Below are positions 58,411 through 64,000 of a stretch of DNA of 64,000 nt, one piece after another. Below the pieces are notes generated by a model, which worked only from the letters and a program-made list of their open reading frames with translations, ran no database searches and was not told the origin of the DNA. The position numbers were made by a program, and so were the translations under genes. The stretch lies in the NCBI GenBank assembly GCA_023389095.1, contig JAEWFB010000486.1:312-64311 (forward strand), written 5' to 3'. Positions within the stretch are counted from its first letter, which is position 1; every line of letters begins with the position of its first letter. This DNA is from Actinomycetes bacterium (lineage in GTDB: Bacteria > Actinomycetota > Actinomycetes > Actinomycetales > Dermatophilaceae).

Positions 58411-59400
58411 ATGACGATGATCGACGTGACGGCGCACCCCACGGCCCAGGCCACGGAGGTGGCGGGTACGAGCGGCAGGGCCCGGCGGCGTCGCCGACGC
58501 GCCCCCGCGGACCAGACGCCGCGTCACCTGCGCTCGAACCGGACGGCGTACCTCATGATCGCGCCGATGGCGGTGCTGCTCGGCATCTTCGTCCTCTGGC
58601 CGCTCGTCTACGCCTTCTACCTCAGCTTCTTCGAGCTCAGCTTCTACAAGGACGCCAAGTTCGTCGGGCTCGACTTCTACAGCTACGTCCTCACTGACCC
58701 GGACTTCTACGACTCCCTGCTGGTCGGCCTGAAGTTCGCGCTCATGGTCGTGCCCGCGATCCTCGTGCTCGCGCTCTTCCTGGCCAGCTTCATCGCAACG
58801 CTCTCGCGCCGGGCGTCGGCCTTCATGAAGACGACGGTGTACGTGCCGGCCGTCGTCTCGAGCGTCGTCGCGGCCATCATCTTCGTCTTCATCTACCAGG
58901 ACGAGGGCTTCGCGAACTGGTTCATCGGCCTGCTCGGCAAGGGGCCGGTGGCCTGGCTCAACACGGAGGGCAGTGCTCTTCCGGCCGTGGCGATCCCGGC
59001 CATCTGGCTGGGCTTCGGCGTCTCGACGCTCATCATGCTCGCGGGCATCCTCGACATCCCCGACAGCTACTACGAGTCGGCCAAGCTCGACGGCGCGAAC
59101 TTCCTCCAGCGCACGCGCTACATCACGGTCCCGTCGCTGCGCAACGTCATCCTCTACCTGCTCGTCACCGGCGTCACCCTGACGATCCAGGAGTTCCAGC
59201 TGCCCCTCGTCATGACGAACGGCGGCCCGGTCAACGCGACGACGACCCCGAACCTCTACATCTTCAACAGCTTCCGCGACGCCACGCCGTACGCGACGAG
59301 CTACTCGCTGACCGCGGCGCTGCTGCTCTTCATCGTCATCGGCACCATCTCGATCATCATCTTCCGGGTCGTCAGCTCCGAGAAGTCGTCGGACGCCTGA
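58411..59400 (+). CDS. Carbohydrate ABC permease
   Basis: FVGL..Y, P.VVS.V and LAG..DIP..YYESAKLDGA (EAA loop). GGAGG RBS. Confidence 0.9.
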   Translation: MTMIDVTAHPTAQATEVAGTSGRARRRRRRAPADQTPRHLRSNRTAYLMIAPMAVLLGIFVLWPLVYAFYLSFFELSFYKDAKFVGLDFYSYVLTDPDFYDSLLVGLKFALMVVPAILVLALFLASFIATLSRRASAFMKTTVYVPAVVSSVVAAIIFVFIYQDEGFANWFIGLLGKGPVAWLNTEGSALPAVAIPAIWLGFGVSTLIMLAGILDIPDSYYESAKLDGANFLQRTRYITVPSLRNVILYLLVTGVTLTIQEFQLPLVMTNGGPVNATTTPNLYIFNSFRDATPYATSYSLTAALLLFIVIGTISIIIFRVVSSEKSSDA

Positions 59401-59422
59401 GGCGTCACCGAAAGGATCCTCG

Positions 59423-60250
59423 ATGAACCGCTCCTGGTACGCCCCGCGGCGACTGCTCTCCTACGTCCTCGTCGTCGTCATCGCCGTCACCGCGCTGTTC
59501 CCGCTCGCCTGGATGGCCATCTCCGGCTTCAAGGGCCAGACCGAGGTGCTGCGCACCCCGTTCCAGTTCTTCCCCGACGTGTGGCAGCTCGACAACTACC
59601 GCCAGATCCTCGAGGACCCGGCGTTCGTGCGTGCCATGACGATCACGTTCGTCGGGGCCGTGATCTTCACGGCGGCCAGCCTCGTCGTGAACTCGATGGC
59701 CGCCTACGCGTTCGCGCGCCTCGAGTTCGCCGGCAAGCGGCTCTGGTGGGTCGTGTGCATCACGCCGATGTTCGTCCCGGCCATGGCGATCCTGCTGACC
59801 TCGTTCGTCGTCGTCAGCAAGCTCGGGATGCTCGACACGCTGGCCGTGCTCATCGTCCCGGGTGTCGCCGCCAGCGGGCAGATGTTCTTCCTGCGGCAGT
59901 TCTACCTCAACATGCCCTCCGCCGTGGAGGAGGCCGCCCTCATCGACGGCGCGACGCGCTGGCAGATCTTCCTGCGGATCTTCGTGCCGCAGTCGCTCGG
60001 CCCGTTCGTCGTCGTCGGCATCGCCTCGTTCCTGGCCTACTGGAACTCCTACGTGTGGCCGGTGCTCGTCGTGTCGAACCCCGACCTGACGCAGATCATG
60101 CAGTACCTCGCCACCTTCCGGTCGGCGCGGGGCAACGAGTGGGGCCTGCTCATGGCCGGCTCGACGCTCGCTGCCCTCCCGACGATCATCCTCGTCCTCG
60201 TGTTCCAGCGGTACATCGTCAACGGGGTCAGGCTCGCCGGCCTCAAGTGA
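59423..60250 (+). CDS. Carbohydrate ABC permease
   Basis: [35 protein letters not shown] and FQRYIV.G motifs. Confidence 0.9.
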   Translation: MNRSWYAPRRLLSYVLVVVIAVTALFPLAWMAISGFKGQTEVLRTPFQFFPDVWQLDNYRQILEDPAFVRAMTITFVGAVIFTAASLVVNSMAAYAFARLEFAGKRLWWVVCITPMFVPAMAILLTSFVVVSKLGMLDTLAVLIVPGVAASGQMFFLRQFYLNMPSAVEEAALIDGATRWQIFLRIFVPQSLGPFVVVGIASFLAYWNSYVWPVLVVSNPDLTQIMQYLATFRSARGNEWGLLMAGSTLAALPTIILVLVFQRYIVNGVRLAGLK

Positions 60251-62459
60251 ACCGGCCCTCGGCCTGGGTCAGGCGCCGCGTGCGAAGCCGCAGCGCGTTG
60301 CCGATGACGCTGACCGACGACAGCGCCATCGCGGCGGCGGCGATCATCGGGGACAGCAGCAGCCCGAACGAGGGGTAGAGGACGCCGGCGGCCAGCGGGA
60401 TGCCGGCGGCGTTGTAGACGAAGGCGAACCAGAGGTTCTGCCGGATGTTCGACATGGTCGCGGCGGACAGCTGCCGGGTGCGGACGATGCCGGTGAGGTC
60501 GCCCTTGAGCAGGGTGACGCCGGCGCTCTCGATGGCCACGTCGGTGCCGGTGCTCATCGCGATGCCGACGTCGGCCGCGGTCAGTGCCGGTGCGTCGTTG
60601 ACGCCGTCTCCGGCCATGGCCACGACGCGGCCCTCGGAGCGCAGCGCGTCGACGACGTCGCTCTTGTGGTCGGGCAGCACCTCGGCCTCGACGCGGTCGA
60701 TGCCGAGGCTTCGGGCGACGGCGTCGGCGGTGACCTGGTTGTCGCCGGTGAGCATGACGACCTCGATCCCGTCCGCACGCAGGGCCTCCAGCGCATCGGC
60801 AGTGGTGTTCTTGACGGGGTCGGCGATGGCGAGCACGCCTGCGACCGTCGTGTCGACCGCGACGTACACGGCGCTGGCGCCGTCGGCGCGCAGCCGGTCT
60901 GCCTCGGCGTCCATGACCGTGGTGTCGACGCCCTGGGCCGCCAGGAAGCCCCGGCTGCCCACGAGCACGCGGCGCCCGCCGACGGTGCCGGTGACGCCCT
61001 TGCCGACCGGTGCGTCGAAGTCGGTGACGTCCGGGACGGTGAGCCCGGCGTCGGCAGCGGCACGCACGACGGCCGTGCCGAGCGGGTGCTCGCTGGGCCG
61101 CTCGACGGCCGCCGCCAGCCGCAGCACCTCGTCGTCGTCGAAACCGCCGGCGGCCGCCACGTGGGTCACCGACGGGCGCCCCTGGGTGAGGGTGCCGGTC
61201 TTGTCGACGACGAGGGTGTCGACCTTCTCCATGAGCTCGAGGGCCTCGGCGTTCTTGATGAGGACCCCGAGGGAGGCGCCGCGGCCGACGCCGACCATGA
61301 TCGAGACTGGCGTGGCCAGGCCGAGCGCACAGGGGCAGGCGATGATGAGGACGCTGACGGCGACGACGAGGGCGTGCGCGAGCCGCGGCTCCGGTCCGAC
61401 GGTGGCCCAGACGGCGAAGGCGATGACGGCGGCCCCGATGACGGCGGGCACGAACACCGCCGAGACGCGGTCGGCCATGCGCTGGATCGGCGCACGGGAG
61501 CGTTGGGCCTCGGCGACCATCTGCACGATCCGGGCGAGCATCGTGTCCCGCCCGACGCTCCGGGCGCGCATCACCAGCGACCCGGTCTGGTTGACGGTGC
61601 CGCCGATGACGTCGTCCCCGATCGTCCTGGTGACCGGCATGGACTCCCCGGTCACCATCGACTCGTCCACGGTCGACCGGCCGTCCTGCACGACGCCGTC
61701 GACGGGGACGGACTCGCCCGGTCGTACCCGCAGCAGGTCGCCGACCTGGACCTCGTCGAGGGTGACGTCGGCCTCGGCGCCGCCCTCCTCGAGGCGGTGC
61801 GCGGTCTGGGGGGTGAGGTCGAGCAGGGCGCGGATGGCGCCTGAGGTGCTCTCGCGGGCACGCAGCTCGAGGACCTGCCCGAGCAGGACGAGGGCGGTGA
61901 TGACCGAGGCGGCCTCGAAGTAGACCGCGACGGCGCCGTCCATCCGGAATGCCTCGGGGAACAGCCCCGGCGCGACGGTCGCGACGACGCTGAACAGCCA
62001 GGCGACGCCCGTGCCCATCGCGATGAGGGTGAACATGTTCAGCTTCATCGTGCGGACGGAGGTCCACCCCCGCTGGAAGAACGGCCCACCCGCCCAGAGC
62101 ACCACAGGGGTGGCCAGCACGAGCTGGGCCCAGTTGGCCGCCGTGGTGGAGATGGCGTCCTCGAGGGCGGGGACCAGGTCGCGCCCCATCGACAGGACGA
62201 GCACGGGGATGCTGAGGACGACGGCGACCACGAACCGGCGGGTCATGTCGGCCAGCTCGGGGTTGGGTCCGCTGTCCGCGGTCACGGTGACCGGTTCGAG
62301 GGCCATCCCACAGATCGGGCACGACCCCGGGCCGGGTCGGCGGATCTCCGGGTGCATGGGACAGGTCCACTCGACGCCGTCACGGCTGGAGGGTGCGGGG
62401 GAGACGGACCGGGAGGGCGCGGGAGGTGCGCCGGTGTGCGCGTGGGTGTGGCTGTCCAT
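60243..62459 (-). CDS. copA: Copper-translocating P1B-type ATPase
   Basis: N-terminal WTCPMHP...CPICGM metal-binding domain. [36 protein letters not shown] and MALSS motifs. Confidence 0.93.
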   Translation of the reverse strand: MDSHTHAHTGAPPAPSRSVSPAPSSRDGVEWTCPMHPEIRRPGPGSCPICGMALEPVTVTADSGPNPELADMTRRFVVAVVLSIPVLVLSMGRDLVPALEDAISTTAANWAQLVLATPVVLWAGGPFFQRGWTSVRTMKLNMFTLIAMGTGVAWLFSVVATVAPGLFPEAFRMDGAVAVYFEAASVITALVLLGQVLELRARESTSGAIRALLDLTPQTAHRLEEGGAEADVTLDEVQVGDLLRVRPGESVPVDGVVQDGRSTVDESMVTGESMPVTRTIGDDVIGGTVNQTGSLVMRARSVGRDTMLARIVQMVAEAQRSRAPIQRMADRVSAVFVPAVIGAAVIAFAVWATVGPEPRLAHALVVAVSVLIIACPCALGLATPVSIMVGVGRGASLGVLIKNAEALELMEKVDTLVVDKTGTLTQGRPSVTHVAAAGGFDDDEVLRLAAAVERPSEHPLGTAVVRAAADAGLTVPDVTDFDAPVGKGVTGTVGGRRVLVGSRGFLAAQGVDTTVMDAEADRLRADGASAVYVAVDTTVAGVLAIADPVKNTTADALEALRADGIEVVMLTGDNQVTADAVARSLGIDRVEAEVLPDHKSDVVDALRSEGRVVAMAGDGVNDAPALTAADVGIAMSTGTDVAIESAGVTLLKGDLTGIVRTRQLSAATMSNIRQNLWFAFVYNAAGIPLAAGVLYPSFGLLLSPMIAAAAMALSSVSVIGNALRLRTRRLTQAEGRFT

Positions 62460-62493
62460 ACCTCCAAGATACCCCTATGGGGTATCAAGTCAA
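62460..62493 (-). promoter_or_regulatory. CsoR-type operator GATACCCC-TAT-GGGGTATC (62468-62486) within promoter TTGACT-N16-TATCTT
   Basis: Perfect 8-bp inverted repeat with C/G tracts typical of CsoR sites. The -10 lies 6 nt before the copA ATG. Confidence 0.8.
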
Positions 62494-62614
62494 GGTCGCT
62501 GCTGTGGGGCCGTGCGATTTCCATATCTGTCGCCTGTTCACCGTCGGAAAACATCGTGGTTGGGTTCGACGAAGCGGGTCACCGACGTCCCGCCCGAACT
62601 GGAGGTTGCGTCGA

Positions 62615-63981
62615 ATGAGTAGTGGCGAGAACGGGTTCCATGTCGGACGGCGATCTCTGATCGCAGGGGCGGCCGGTGTGGTGGGAGCGGCCGCGCTGCC
62701 GTCCGGGGTCGCCCACGCCGCCCTCGCGCCGGCGTCCGCGGGACAGCCGAAGGTGCCGCCCCCGACGCGGAACTACCCGGCCAACTGGCCCCAGCCGCGT
62801 CCGTACGGGGTCGCCGACGTCCGCCCCGACCTGTGGCCGCGCGACGACAACTCCTTCGTCCTGCCCCTCGAGCTGCGGCCGCGCGACGAGGAGCTGGGCC
62901 GGGTGTGGATGCGGGACACCTATGTCAACTGCTTCCGGGTCGACGGCCGACCGCTCTACGTCGCCACCGGAACCACGCGGGTCCCGGGGCTCAGCGCCGC
63001 CGGACCGTGGAACGACGGCCTGTTCGTGTGGACAGCGCCGTCCCTGCACGGCCCCTGGCGCCTCGCCGACACGACCGGCTTCCGGCCCGGGGCCGAGAAG
63101 GGGAAGGTGTGGTCCCCGGAGTTCGTCGACGAGAACCGGCCCGGTCGCACCGTCGTCGCGCCGTGGCAGGGGTACTGGTACGACCAGCAGTTCGGCAAGC
63201 GCGGCCAGGCCTGGGCCCCGGAGCTGCACTACTTCCGCGACACCTGGTACATCGTCGCCTGCATGGGAGACCACTCCCAGAAGGTCGGCTCCTTCCTGCT
63301 CATCAGCGAGGGGGGACCCGAGGGGCCCTACCGGCTCGCGGAGGGCAACCTCACCAAGCCGTTCGGTGACCCGTTCATCGGCGGGCCGGGCTTCATCAAG
63401 CCGGGTGCCTACCACCACATCGACGGTGGGATGTTCAGCGAGGGCGACGAGGCCTGGCTGGTGCTGCACAACAACTACTACGCGCCAGGTTCCGCGACGA
63501 CATGGAGGACATCGTCCCGACGACGAACCTGCCGACGTTCCAGCAGACCCCCTACGCCCCGGAGCCCTACCTCGAGGGGGCGTACGTGTTCGAGTACGAC
63601 GGGAAGTACTACCTGGTCCAGTCCGCCTGGGACCGCACCTCGACCCAGCCCGACGGGACCACCCGCTACGCCTACGACAACCCCGGAGCGGGCCGCGTCC
63701 AGTACCAGTACGACGCGATCATGGCGGTCTCGGACCACTTCGAGGGCCCCTACAGCGAGCGGTGGACCGCCGGGGTGGGCGCCGGCCACAACAACCTCTT
63801 CGCCGACCACCGCGGGCAGCTGTGGGCGACGTTCTTCCGCAACCCCAACGCCGGCTACTGGGCCGACCCGAGCCGGGTCGGCGATGGCGCCGTGGCGGGC
63901 GTGGCCCAGGTCGAGTGGACCGGACCGGACGGCAACCGCCTCTACCTGCGTCGCTCCCACGACGAGGGTGACGATGCCTGA
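62615..63981 (+). pseudogene. Tat-secreted GH43-like glycosidase with a frameshift near 63481-63486
   Basis: ATG 62615 with GGAGG RBS. GRRSLIAG Tat motif. MRDT, WAPE and HIDG are in the first frame. RFRDDMEDI...YLEGA...GAGHNN are in the shifted frame ending at 63981. Confidence 0.8.
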
Positions 63982-64000
63982 GGTGCGACGTCACCGCGTG
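63974..64000 (+). CDS. Possible start of the next gene (truncated by window edge)
   Basis: ATG at 63974 overlapping the preceding stop codon, with GAGGG upstream. Confidence 0.35.

Noticed and set aside
1..64000. Prophage, IS element, CRISPR-Cas, tRNA/rRNA or anti-phage defence system
   Set aside because: No integrase, transposase, cas, nuclease or structural RNA signatures were recognised on either strand.

Overview
High-GC actinobacterial chromosomal window (probably Micrococcales; the taxonomy is inferred). It has three parts. (1) 1-27.6 kb is an L-arabinose / hydroxyproline supercluster. A HypR-like GntR regulator and an FAD amino-acid oxidoreductase diverge from an operon of GH127 beta-L-arabinofuranosidase, a peptide-type ABC importer, prolyl aminopeptidase and Xaa-Pro aminopeptidase. 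Next come galM, a YtfQRT/YjfF-like sugar ABC importer, LacI, araBDA and a large secreted double-GH43 enzyme. Shared operator motifs link these units, suggesting a dually regulated system for arabinosylated-hydroxyproline (extensin-type) glycopeptides. (2) 27.6-47.7 kb is an accessory patchwork: folE/DoxX diverging from an ECF sigma/zinc anti-sigma, a small CxxC protein, an orphan mraY, a DUF2252-SulP-DUF1622-glutaminase-DUF7144 cluster, a secreted phosphatase and an FtsX-type ABC system. It also holds several decayed genes (deleted GNAT, frameshifted ATPase, LysR/hydantoinase-B deletion junction before BKACE and a thioesterase). (3) 47.7-60.3 kb is an apparently complete D-arabinan utilisation locus (LacI, GH172, GH116, FGGY kinase, fucose/D-arabinose isomerase, GH183/DUF4185, ABC importer) with its own palindromic operator. 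It is followed by copA with a CsoR-type operator and a frameshifted Tat-secreted GH43. No rRNA, tRNA, CRISPR array, integrase or transposase was recognised. All family assignments are from motif recognition, not database searches.
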